Below, one piece after another: positions 1-11,427 of a stretch of 43,126 bases of DNA. Origin of the DNA: Octopus bimaculoides (lineage: Eukaryota); contig NC_068983.1 in NCBI RefSeq assembly GCF_001194135.2, positions 121,930,992 through 121,974,117 on the forward strand, written 5' to 3'. Positions within the stretch are counted from its first letter, which is position 1. Each line of letters opens with the position of its first letter. The translations under genes and the position numbers were made by a program. The notes beneath the pieces are model-generated. The model did not search any database. It had not been told where the DNA came from and saw only the letters and a list, made by a program, of their open reading frames with translations.

Positions 1-160
1 GGTTGAGATCTGTAATATCAACATCATTAGCTGAAATTATATCCTTAAGTGCAAGGCGGATTTTACCAATTATTTTCAGGTTTTGGTTAGAATTGCGAAT
101 TTTGGGGAGAGTGTCGCGTTCATTCATACTAGTTTCTTTAATTTTCAGCCATTCAATCAT

Positions 161-161
161 G

Positions 162-217
<56 letters not shown>

Positions 218-290
218 CATCATCATCATCATCACCACCACCACCACCACATTCATCACCTCCACCACCACCACCACCACCATCATCAAA
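161..290. repeat. Compound trinucleotide microsatellite (ATT)n-(ATC)n-(ACC)n
   Basis: Read directly; explains the poly-I/Y/H/T ORFs at 3-311. Confidence 0.97.
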
Positions 291-995
291 GAGATATCCT
301 CCTTTAGTTAACTAGCTGAAATTTCTAATCTTAGCAAGTGCATCCTATTCAAACAACACAGCTAGAAGAGAGCATTTTCCCTCTGTAATCCTATGAAGTT
401 CTTTGGTTGGCCTCTGACTCGTTTTCCTCCTAAGGCGTTTTATTTCACGACTTTAGTATACTTTTGTTTTCCATACCACGTTTTTGTTCATAAACGATTC
501 TGCATAAACACCTCCGTTTTTGTAATTTGTCTTTGTAAAGTCTTGTCACTCGTTCTTTTGTTGTCGTTGTTGCTGATTACCTTGAATTAACGCGTTTTCA
601 GAAATACCTCTTGGAAAATTATTTCTTCCAATATTATTTGATGACAAAGGTTATTTTCAGTTTGATTACATGACATGTACAAAAAAGGACAGCACATTAT
701 GCACAAACAATCACAGTTTCAATTTCAAAAATTAGAAAAATAAAGTGGTGAAAATACCAAACAACGAAAACAATGTAATTAATAACGTAATTTAGCAACA
801 TCAGCTTCTCTTTTTGCTACCATTGTGTGTGAATTGAAGGTGCTCCAAGCAAGGAGAAAAGTGCGTCACAAAAGTCAGTACCTCTTTGCCCGAAGCATTT
901 AACCTAAGAGACAAGGAGAACGGTGATATGTCATTGTTTTGCAAAAGTTGGATAGCTATTATTTATTAGTGATAGTATCAATATTTTTATTCTCA

Positions 996-996
<1 letters not shown>

Positions 997-1055
<59 letters not shown>

Positions 1056-1093
1056 CATCATTATTATTATTATTATCATCATTATTATCATCA

Positions 1094-1154
<61 letters not shown>

Positions 1155-1155
1155 C
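997..1155. repeat. (ATT)n microsatellite with ATC interruptions
   Basis: Read directly. Confidence 0.97.
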
Positions 1156-1866
1156 CTTAATATAGAAAGGATTGAGGTAACTCCTCCTGAAGATACAGTC
1201 AAANNNNNNNNNNNNNNNNNNNNNNNNNNNNNNNNNNNNNNNNNNNNNNNNNNNNNNNNNNNNNNNNNNNNNNNNNNNNNNNNNNNNNNNNNNNNNNNNN
1301 NNNNNNNNNNNNNNNNNNNNNNNNNNNNNNNNNNNNNNNNNNNNNNNNNNNNNNNNNNNNNNNNNNNNNNNNNNNNNNNNNNNNNNNNNNNNNNNNNNNN
1401 NNNNNNNNNNNNNNNNNNNNNNNNNNNNNNNNNNNNNNNNNNNNNNNNNNNNNNNNNNNNNNNNNNNNNNNNNNNNNNNNNNNNNNNNNNNNNNNNNNNN
1501 NNNNNNNNNNNNNNNNNNNNNNNNNNNNNNNNNNNNNNNNNNNNNNNNNNNNNNNNNNNNNNNNNNNNNNNNNNNNNNNNNNNNNNNNNNNNNNNNNNNN
1601 NNNNNNNNNNNNNNNNNNNNNNNNNNNNNNNNNNNNNNNNNNNNNNNNNNNNNNNNNNNNNNNNNNNNNNNNNNNNNNNNNNNNNNNNNNNNNNNNNNNN
1701 NNNNNNNNNNNNNNNNNNNNNNNNNNNNNNNNNNNNNNNNNNNNNNNNNNNNNNNNNNNNNNNNNNNNNNNNNNNNNNNNNNNNNNNNNNNNNNNNNNNN
1801 NNNNNNNNNNNNNNNNNNNNNNNNNNNNNNNNNNNNNNNNNNNNNNNNNNNNNNNNNNNNNNNNNN

Positions 1867-2332
1867 GGCGCCTACTATGATAGAAATTGTTTCTGTTTTT
1901 AGATTCCACATTCGAGTTACCTCTATTTCCAGGTCTTTGTATTTTGAAAGTTTCTCCATTTCTTTTAGAGAAATGTTGTCATCTACTGGTATTGATACAT
2001 CAATTAGGAAGCATTTTTTTCTTCATGATCTCTGACAACTATATCTGGCCTATTGTCCTTAATTTCTCAATCTGTGTGTATTGGCATATCCCAGAGTATG
2101 GTTGCTTTCTCGTTTTCTGTGACCTTTTCTGGCGTGTGCTTATACCATTTTTTTATGTTGTTATTCCATAGTGTTGGCATAGCTTCCAGTGTATGTAGAT
2201 CCCAGCTCTGTCGTGTCTGTGAATATATTCCTTCTTAGCCAGAACTGGGCAGCCAGAGATATGATTTATTGTTTATTGTCCATCACCACATATTCTGCAG
2301 TTACTTGTTATGTTTCTTTTCATTATATGTTT
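1867..2332 (-). mobile_element. Non-LTR retrotransposon with restriction-like endonuclease (R2 superfamily, R4/Dong-like), 5'-truncated C-terminal fragment, frameshifted
   Basis: Minus-strand translation across frames gives a CCHC knuckle (CRICGDG..INHI.SGCPVLAKKEYIHRHDR), then W..Y.HTPEKVTENEKATILWDMPIHTD, the RLE motif RPDIVV, and FLIDVSIP.DDNISLKEMEKLSKYKDLEIEVTRMWNLKTETISIIVGA. It runs into the gap at 1204-1866. Confidence 0.88.
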
Positions 2333-2334
2333 TC

Positions 2335-2341
2335 ATTATTC

Positions 2342-2420
<79 letters not shown>

Positions 2421-2430
2421 CATCATCATC
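2335..2430. repeat. (ATT)n microsatellite ending in (ATC)
   Basis: Read directly; abuts the 5' truncation point of the RLE LINE. Confidence 0.97.
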
Positions 2431-4690
2431 AGAGAAGAAGTGTTTATTTTTAACCTAATCTTTAGCTATTTTATATCTATGTGAGATTACTTGCAATTTA
2501 TGTACGTCTGATATGTAAATGTGGTATGCATACGTGATATATTTCTGCTGTGTTTATACTCGACTTGTATATATGATATGTATGTGTGTGAGTGCGCGAG
2601 TATGCGTAATGTGCATGCGTGGTATGTATATACATCATTTTATTAAATTGTTATCTACAAACTGTACCCACTTCTAGGGAGAGTGTTTGAGCATTTTAAA
2701 CAGTTACAAATATTGAACTCTGAGAAATAAATCCAGTTGAGGAATAGTTTGCTTTTAGATAGTTCTGGAAGTTAGTGATTGACTGACTGACTTACGAAAA
2801 CATTCACAGTTAATCGAAATTTACCTCTTAGAGGAAGAAAACAAGCCTATGGGTAATCGTTAGTAACTCTCAAAACAATTTGAAGAAAAATATTTCGCAG
2901 AAACTTCAATTTTCTTGATAAAAAAGAAAATCTGATCTTTATTAGCAGATAAAGTGACAACTACAGGCATGTATCAGTAATATTTCACTTGCGTTAATCA
3001 GTTGACAGAAGTTTTTTTCGTATAGGAAACAATAACGAAGATTTTTATTCATCCAGTATAACTTAAATAATTAGCAGAAGTTAGCAAAGGAGAATAACAG
3101 GAACGGAGAATAAATTTCACAGAAAATTTAATTTTCAGGTTGAGGCAGTAAATCTTATCTTTGTTAGCAGACAATGTGACAGCTAAGTCACAGTATCATA
3201 TTGATTAGTTTACTCATACTGTTTTGTATTCTTTCAATATTTTGTTTCTGTTCTCTGTATGAGAGTATTTATTTATTTAAGGATCTCAGAGAATAACTAT
3301 CTTGTAATTTCCATTAACTGCATCCAATATGTCGTTCGCTTTTTTAAGATAGAAATGTGTGGTCATATTACTATTTTAGCAGGCCACGCGATTACATACT
3401 GTCTCCCTTATTTACTTGTTTTGAATTAGAATTTTTATTAGAGTTTTTAATTTCATATTTATAACGATGCAAAATACTAATAATAATACATTCTATTAAT
3501 ATTTAATATTTAATTAAATATGCGATATTCGTCTATATAAAATTCTAGTTCACTGAAGCTCTTAAGAAAACAAATATTTTATTTTCATTCCCCAATTTTG
3601 ATTTCGTTTCAATTAGCAAATCTATATATTTTTATTTAACCATTTTATCATTCGTGTTTGATGTTAAGGTTACTGATTTGGGTTGCAATACACTTTTCAA
3701 GACTTTTTTTTCCGGATCTTTGCTTCCGTGTATATATATGTATGTGTGTGTGTTTTATGTGTATGTACCTCTGTATATAAGTGTATGTGTTAGTGGCGTG
3801 TTTGAACTTTCCAGCAGGTCTCTGAATCTTTTGAGATATTTGTTTCACCTGTTCATTTCTTTCTTCTGTACAAAATCGAAAGGTAAGACAGGAAAGGAAA
3901 TATCTAGGATTTAAATACAGAACTTTATCGAAAAAGAATGAATTCTTGAACACTTGTCGCTACAGTCTAGTTTTCAGCAATATTCAGTGTTGTTTATCTT
4001 AAGATTTATTCTAAATACTTATTTACCTTCTTTGAATACACGACCACAGATTCCTGAGGTAAAGCATTCAGAATTGAATACATATCTCATACTTATATTC
4101 CTGACCCTTTAGGATGTATTTTGAACTCTAAAAACACGTGAATAAAACTAGATATGTATAGTATTGCATTTTNNNNNNNNNNNNNNNNNNNNNNNNNNNN
4201 NNNNNNNNNNNNNNNNNNNNNNNNNNNNNNNNNNNNNNNNNNNNNNNNNNNNNNNNNNNNNNNNNNNNNNNNNNNNNNNNNNNNNNNNNNNNNNNNNNNN
4301 NNNNNNNNNNNNNNNNNNNNNNNNNNNNNNNNNNNNNNNNNNNNNNNNNNNNNNNNNNNNNNNNNNNNNNNNNNNNNNNNNNNNNNNNNNNNNNNNNNNN
4401 NNNNNNNNNNNNNNNNNNNNNNNNNNNNNNNNNNNNNNNNNNNNNNNNNNNNNNNNNNNNNNNNNNNNNNNNNNNNNNNNNNNGTCTGTCTGTCTGTCTA
4501 TGTAAAAGATTATAACGGCCGTATTTTTCAACTGATATTCAAACTGGGAACATACATTACTTGTGTTCCAGGGATGGTTTTAGACTCTTAAATTTTTTCA
4601 CATAATGAGTAACGGGCCCTCTGGGGGCAGAAAGCACCCGTTCCTAGGTAACGTAGAGAAGGGAGGTAACTCTTTGCGAAGTAACTTTCA

Positions 4691-4773
4691 GAAATTGATT
4701 GTCTCCATTGGTCATAAAAAACATAAAGAAAGAAATTGATTGTCATCCATTGGTCATAAAAAAACAATAAAAA
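4691..4773. repeat. Tandem duplication of a ~41-bp unit
   Basis: gaaattgattgtc(a)tccattggtcataaaaaa occurs at 4691 and 4732. Confidence 0.85.
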
Positions 4774-5009
4774 TATTGCTTTTTATATTAGATTCACGTC
4801 TTTGAAAGTTTTTAAAATATTTACTTCCGGTTTTCTAGCGTCAGGCAATTTAAAGAAAGAGAAGGAGGAGAAAGAAAGAAAATTCAGATTGGAGAAATAT
4901 AGTGCGATAGATGAGTGGAAATAAAGTTTAAAAGCGTAGAAACAGATATATGTAGTGGAAATGAAATGTAAGAAAACAGTTAAAAGTTGAATTTTATAGA
5001 TTGTAGAAA

Positions 5010-5712
5010 TTACTTATAGGAACTAAAGGTATGTTTTTGCCAGTGTTTGCAACGATAAACGTGTTGTTTAAACGTGTTTACAAGAGAATTCTCCGAGAAC
5101 AGAATGAGATATTGTTACAGAGCGGACAAAAAGATTTACCCTTATCATATGGAAAGGACCTAGATACAATATTCCATTCCAAACCAAATTGTTTATTATG
5201 TTCCTTTAGAGACCAAATTAATTTACTAAGTAACCGGAAGTAATTTTACACTGATAAACAGAGTTTCTACTCTTAGAATTACCGCTAGGGAAATGAATAC
5301 GATTCGAATTTATATCAGAAATACTAATATTATTATTATTATTATTGTTCAAAGAATGGTTAGTGTTAATAATATCAACGCTATTATTTTCACTAAGTGG
5401 ATTTGTATTTAACAGCTTATCGTTATGCGAAGAGATGATTTGCGAAATGTTTTTGGTGCTTGAAAACCCTATTCTAATTCGGTGTGAATTGATAATGGAA
5501 TGATATCTTGAATTTTTTGAGAAATTCTTATCTATGGCTTCACGAAACAGGCAAGAGAGGTTGGATTTGATCTGCTCACCATATGGAATTACCAACCAAA
5601 TAGTTTTACTAGGACATACCTTGTTATTAGGGTAATTATTTTCAAAAATCCTAGATTTACATTTATTACGTAAAAAGGGACTTAAAGAACGCTTATCTCC
5701 CTTACGCTGCAA
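5010..5712 (-). mobile_element. Penelope-like retroelement remnant: RT-endonuclease linker and internally deleted GIY-YIG domain
   Basis: ORF 5218-5712 contains IWLVIPYG...IINSHRIRIGFSSTKNISQIISSHN...SVYQCKIT. Other frames continue LSKLIWSLKEHNKQFGLEWNIVSRSFPYDKGKSFCPLCN and YRCKHWQKHTF. This is the layout of a PLE endonuclease C-terminus (family assignment from recalled motifs). Confidence 0.75.
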
Positions 5713-6204
5713 AATGTTTCGATTTAGCGTTGTTATTCGAACTAAAATTTATATTTTATAACCGTTATAACGTGTTCTCATGTCCTGATTAATAGTTAAT
5801 GTCAATAGTTATAACTCTGCATTACTTAAAGCAGGCTATAAAGAAAAAAATTCCTATATTAACCCTACATAAATTGAAGCAGAAGTATATATTTATTAAC
5901 TCTTACAAGAGTAGGCGTATTTTGCTCGTTCTTAGAATTTGGATGAGAGCATTAGAATGAAAGAACATGTGGAAGACTTTTATCCCTTAGTCAGAAGGAA
6001 AGGCCAGTTCCCATAACGCTTTACACAGTCTCTGTAACTGACGGAAGTGAGAGAAGAACGATTGGAGACTTGTCCCAAATGCTTCCGTTAAAGGTATCCA
6101 AAAGTCAAGAGGTATCCAAAGGTCAAGCGGTGCTACTATAAACCGGTCACTAGATTAAGTTTATCACCCAAGGATATTGTAATATGTTGTAGCGAGAAGT
6201 ATAT

Positions 6205-6510
6205 TTGTTGTAGAGTGTGCAGTGTGCAGCGTGCAGAGTACAGTGTGTAGTGTGAATATACAGTAGAGAGAGAGAGAGAGAGATGAAAAGTACAATGTGT
6301 TTTTAATGTGATGAATTGCATGTTGAGATACATTGTGCAGCAAGAATTAGCGTGATGCAATGTTGGCGTGCAGTGTTAATGAGTGTCTAGCATTGTACAG
6401 AAGAATGTCGTGTGTTGCCGCGGAATGAAATCTATATTGGTGCAGTGTGCAGCTGTGTTTGATGTAGTATTGAGATGCTGTGTATATTGCTCTATATACT
6501 GTGTCATACA
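6205..6510. repeat. Degenerate GTGCA(G/T)-rich low-complexity repeat with an internal (GA)n run
   Basis: Repeated gtgtgcagtgtgcagcgtgcag-type units at 6214-6250 and 6440-6455. Confidence 0.6.
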
Positions 6511-7749
6511 GCAGGGTTTGGAAGACTAAGGGTTATTGCAAACTAGGATTTGTCTGCCAAACGGATTCTCATAAAGTTTCTCATAAATCCTAATTATGTA
6601 GATGTATAAAAAAAAATATGGTGGAGAGTAACGAGTAGAGTAATATTAAGGACTGGTCTACAATAGTTGGACTCTGGCTACATGGAGATTATAATTTGGA
6701 ATGAAAAGTATAAGTGTGTGCCTGCGCGCGCGCGCGCGTGTGTGTAATATTTACTGAAACAGTGCAAAAGATATAAATAGATACCTGTAAAAGTCATTGA
6801 AGTGAAGCAATTATTAAGAGAAAAGTTTGAAGAGAAGAAACAGATCAGAAATGGAAAATGGGTGAAATAAATAAGATGAATATTAATAAATAGAAGTATC
6901 AAAGTTAATGGATTAGTTAATTAGTGAGATTGCAATTCTAGAGTTTGTTAGTGATAATTTTCATTTTCATCATCATCAATGGTAATTATTGGACAAAATT
7001 ACATTAAAAATAGCTATAAAGCACTTAAACGAAAAACAAATAAATATGGGAATATGTAGAGTAATATAGAAGATGAATAAGTGAAAGTTCTAAAGTAAGG
7101 AAGTTATCTGTTGTCTTGTGTCATTCCACAACTGAAGTAAAGCCTTTCAATTCTTTTGAATCATCAAAAGACTTATTACATATAAAGCTAATATCAGATT
7201 TCGTCAGGTTTACAAGCCTAAGTATTTGATTAAAAATACCGGTATAGTCATTGAAGGTAAAGTAAGGCGGTATTGGTGGAAAGAGTGCTGTACGATTCTC
7301 GGTGTTGAGTGGCAATACAATATTTTTTCCGTTTGAGATGATATCGTTAAGCGTTTTTCAGTAGTTTCTCTTTTTTGTTTACCTATTGGTAATTGCACTA
7401 GAAGTAAGATGGCGATATGTGTTCTGATCTATTCCCTACAGAATTTTTGTTTTTAAAAGCACTCGTTTGGCTTTTAGCTCTTCTTTTCTCTCTTCTTCTA
7501 ATGTTTCTGTCTTCTTACATTACTTCACAATATAAACACTTCTAGTTAGCATCGTCGTTGTCACCACCATTACCACCGTATGTATCTTTCAAACATCTTT
7601 AATAGAGGACCTCCTTCTCTTGAAACACGGAAATCAACTAGAATTAATGAACACTTTAGTTTTAAGCCTAATAGATCTCCATCAGTGACAAACCTATTAA
7701 TATCCCTTAAAAATCATAACATAAATATCTAATCGATATATATATATAT

Positions 7750-7757
7750 ACAGAGAC

Positions 7758-7812
<55 letters not shown>

Positions 7813-7850
7813 AAGAAAGAAAGAGAGAAAGAGAGAGAGAAAGAGAGAGA
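7750..7850. repeat. (GA)n/(GAAA)n microsatellite
   Basis: Read directly. Confidence 0.95.
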
Positions 7851-7959
7851 GGTTAGGAGGGAGAAAACGAAAAATCTGTACGGGGTTTTTTAGTATGCAA
7901 ACTGATGTGTTGCATCTAATGTGGTCACGAGCAAACACAAAAGAAAATAATACTTGATA

Positions 7960-8228
7960 CCAACGCGGCAGGGGATGGTGGCGAAACCTGCTGTACTCTT
8001 TCAACACAACTTTCTATCACTCTTACTTCCTGTTTCTGTTGTGCCTGTAATTCAAAGGTCAGCCTTGTCACACTGTGTCACGCTGAATATCCCAGAGAAC
8101 TACGTTAAGGGCACACGTGTCTGTGGAGTGCTCAGCCACTTGCACGTTAATTTCACGAGCAGGCTGTTCCGTTGATCGGATCAACTGGAACCCTCGACGT
8201 CGTAAGCGACGGAGTGCCAACAATACAT
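7960..8228 (+). mobile_element. Probable interspersed retroposon (SINE or LINE 3' end) with a structured 3' terminus
   Basis: GC-richer block that resembles a common octopus repeat from recall. It ends in two adjacent hairpins (8166-8191 and 8198-8211 cgtcg-taag-cgacg) followed by a caacaa tail. No second copy in this window. Confidence 0.45.
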
Positions 8229-8409
8229 ATAACAGCCTGTTTGTTTTCGTTCGGTTTCCTTGTATGTCTCCACTGTCATGTTTTTGTTCCCAAATTTCAC
8301 CCTCCATAAATCCTAAATTTTATTTTAGAATTTATGGGAGCAACTGTCTTTGAAGACTCGTATTGTCATTGAATGTTCGAAATGAGGAGTAAATAGACAG
8401 CCGACAACT

Positions 8410-9334
8410 GGGCGTACATTGTCATGCAAACCTTTTTCGACAGGTTTCGGCGTTTGGTGCGAATTGCTGGCTTCAGTTTGGTAGCTAGCAAAGCGCTGTA
8501 TCTTGCTCTGTTGATCCAAGTAGTCTTCCAGGATAGGCCCTTTTGAATCTTAAAAAAGGGTGAGCATCAACTTTCCCGCGGAAGACTGAGTCTTGAATTT
8601 ATTTGTCGCTGGCGAGCCAGGCTGTTTCCACTCCATACGCTGTCTTTTGGATTCTGCCTCATAATGATGGACTCACGTTTCATCTCTTGTGACTATTCTG
8701 CTCAAAAATTCCTTGCCCCCATTGTTGTAGCGACCGAGTAAACGTTTGTAGACTTTAAGACGTTTGCGTTTGTGCCCTGCAGTAAGCTTTCTTGACACCC
8801 ATCTTGCACAGACTTTATGGAAGCCAAACATATCGTGGATGATTTGATAGGCAGAACTATGACTAATCTGCAAAAACCGAGCTACCTCATTGATGATAAC
8901 TCGCTGGTTCACCATTACCATCACTCGAGCTTGGTGAATCTTTTCGTCAGCGGTAGAGGTTAACAGCCGTCCTGCTCCGTCTTCATGCATCACACTTGTC
9001 CGGCCACTTTTAAACATCTCGATCCACTCATACACACTGCTACGCAGTAGTGCACTGTCCCCATATTGTGCTAAACGTCTCCGATGAATTTCAGAACCTG
9101 ACACACCTTCCGACCAGAGAAATAGGATCACAGCTCTTTGTTCTTCTTTGGTGCACATTGATAGTCGAGCAGCCATGCTTACACTGTAAAGCCAGAAAGA
9201 AAAATGGCTCAATCAGGCTCAAACTTCGATCACATGACTAAAATAGTACCAACTATAAGCACGCATGCGCAGACGTCAGTGTGATAATAAAGGTATGTTA
9301 CGGTGAAAATGCTAACTTTTGACTTCTTGTGTGT
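8410..9334 (-). mobile_element. Mariner (DD34D) transposon, 3'-truncated, transposase pseudogene
   Basis: ATG at 9176: MAARLSMCTKEEQRAVILFLWSEG...KVCARWVSRKL...RIVTRDET*VHHYEAESKRQRMEWK...SAGKLMLTLF*DSKGPIL...LHDNVRP. A TIR-like end (..gaagtcaaaagttagcattttc on minus) lies next to the TA run at ~9335. Confidence 0.92.
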
Positions 9335-9350
9335 ATATATATATATATAT

Positions 9351-9531
9351 ATTAAGGGCATTACTATACATAAATGCCTCACGCTAGGAGGGACTCTTAA
9401 AGTCAAAACTACTATGATAAACACATTATAATATACACATTATATACACAGTATAATGAGTTTATTATAGTAGTTTTAACTTTAAGAGTCCTTCCTAGTG
9501 TGAGGCATTTATATATAGTAATGTCCTTAAT
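9351..9531. mobile_element. Foldback element / MITE: 80-bp inverted repeats with a 21-nt spacer, flanked by TA
   Basis: 9351-9430 aligns to the reverse complement of 9452-9531 with 73/80 identities. Confidence 0.85.
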
Positions 9532-9904
9532 ATAAATAAATATATTTAAAGGGAATAATTGATAAAGTTTTCCCTTATGAGGTTTTTCACGCTAACTACT
9601 TGATAAATTCTTATAAAGATTTTATCCTATTTTTAAATTGTATATATATATTCAAATATGAACTAGAAGCAGCGCTAGTGTTGTAAACATTTTCGAACAC
9701 ACATACACGATGTAATTCCTTTGCTTGTTTTGTACACAATGTATGTCGTTAGCTTGTTTATCACGTACCTGAACCGAGTTGTCTCGCCTGTCTATGACTT
9801 TCATGTTTTAACAGCCGGCGCTTTGACGGGGTTATCTCCACTTCGTCAAATCGCAGACTACCGGTGAACAGGCAATTCGTATGTATGTATTCAGTAATAC
9901 ATAC

Positions 9905-9907
<3 letters not shown>

Positions 9908-9958
<51 letters not shown>

Positions 9959-9982
9959 ATATATATATATATATATACATAC
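9908..9982. repeat. (GT)n and (TA)n microsatellite running into a gap; (TA)n resumes at 10358
   Basis: Read directly. Confidence 0.95.
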
Positions 9983-10357
9983 NNNNNNNNNNNNNNNNNN
10001 NNNNNNNNNNNNNNNNNNNNNNNNNNNNNNNNNNNNNNNNNNNNNNNNNNNNNNNNNNNNNNNNNNNNNNNNNNNNNNNNNNNNNNNNNNNNNNNNNNNN
10101 NNNNNNNNNNNNNNNNNNNNNNNNNNNNNNNNNNNNNNNNNNNNNNNNNNNNNNNNNNNNNNNNNNNNNNNNNNNNNNNNNNNNNNNNNNNNNNNNNNNN
10201 NNNNNNNNNNNNNNNNNNNNNNNNNNNNNNNNNNNNNNNNNNNNNNNNNNNNNNNNNNNNNNNNNNNNNNNNNNNNNNNNNNNNNNNNNNNNNNNNNNNN
10301 NNNNNNNNNNNNNNNNNNNNNNNNNNNNNNNNNNNNNNNNNNNNNNNNNNNNNNNNN

Positions 10358-10392
<35 letters not shown>

Positions 10393-11427
10393 TATACATA
10401 CATCCATACATGTACGTGTGCGTGCGTGCGTGTGTAATTGGAGTTGAACCATCTGAGATCGTGTTTCGAGGCTGAAATAATTATACATTGGAAGCACTGT
10501 GTTTGCTAGTTAAACATATATATATACTGTTACATTTAAGTTTCGTGTCATTAGGGGTTGATACGATGTACTATAAAATATCAAATTATTTCGTCATACA
10601 TGTACGGCCTAGCCACTGACACAATTTTACATCCCTGATTACTGCAATCTCGATCTATGCAATAGTGATTTTCTTTAGATGCTGCTCACGTCCTCCATTA
10701 GAAATACTATCATCTCATAGTGCATGATGTCACACTTGTATCCTAAGTTGCTTCTTCAAGTTCACATACGAATGTGACTGGCTGTACTGGCAAATAATGA
10801 ATTGCTACGTTGTTTCATTAGTATTAAGCTGTTGCTTGTTGCTGTTTAAATTTTTATTTCTGCAGTCGTCATCGTCGTTTGTGTTACTGTTGTTCCTTGT
10901 ACTGCTGCACCAAATGGCTGTGTAAATTTTCTTATCTGCATGTCGTTGGTATGACGTCAATGTAATGTAGTAATAACACCAATGCTTTTGATTGTTATGG
11001 TTGCAATAGTTGTGATTCGTACCATTATGTTATTGTTGCTCTGAGTAATTACTGTTGTTCGTTAACACTATCTCTGCTATGTGTTTTTTCAAACATCGTT
11101 TTTTACCCTCTCATTTCCTTCCTATGAGGACATTATGACACTATCATTGGATTCCATTTTTTTTCCTTTTTTAATTTTCTTTTTTTTCTTTTTTTTTTGC
11201 TAATGAAATTATGAATTTGTTAAAATCCTTAATGGTTCGACGAAGATCAATCTCCAAAGGCTCATACCTACATTGCGAGTTAGTCTTTCAACAAAATTGT
11301 CGCTAAATAAACAATTATATATGAGGTTCTCTAATAAAGAAAAGCAACAAAAAATTGACGAAATTTGCGGCTGTGCCAAATTTTGTAGGGATAAGGACAA
11401 ATGTAGTAAACATAATCATAATGTTGA

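Noticed and set aside
3818-3882. Candidate 65-nt exon (cag|GTCTC...AAAG|gtaaga)
   Set aside because: Good donor but poor pyrimidine tract, no recognisable peptide and no supporting neighbour exons.
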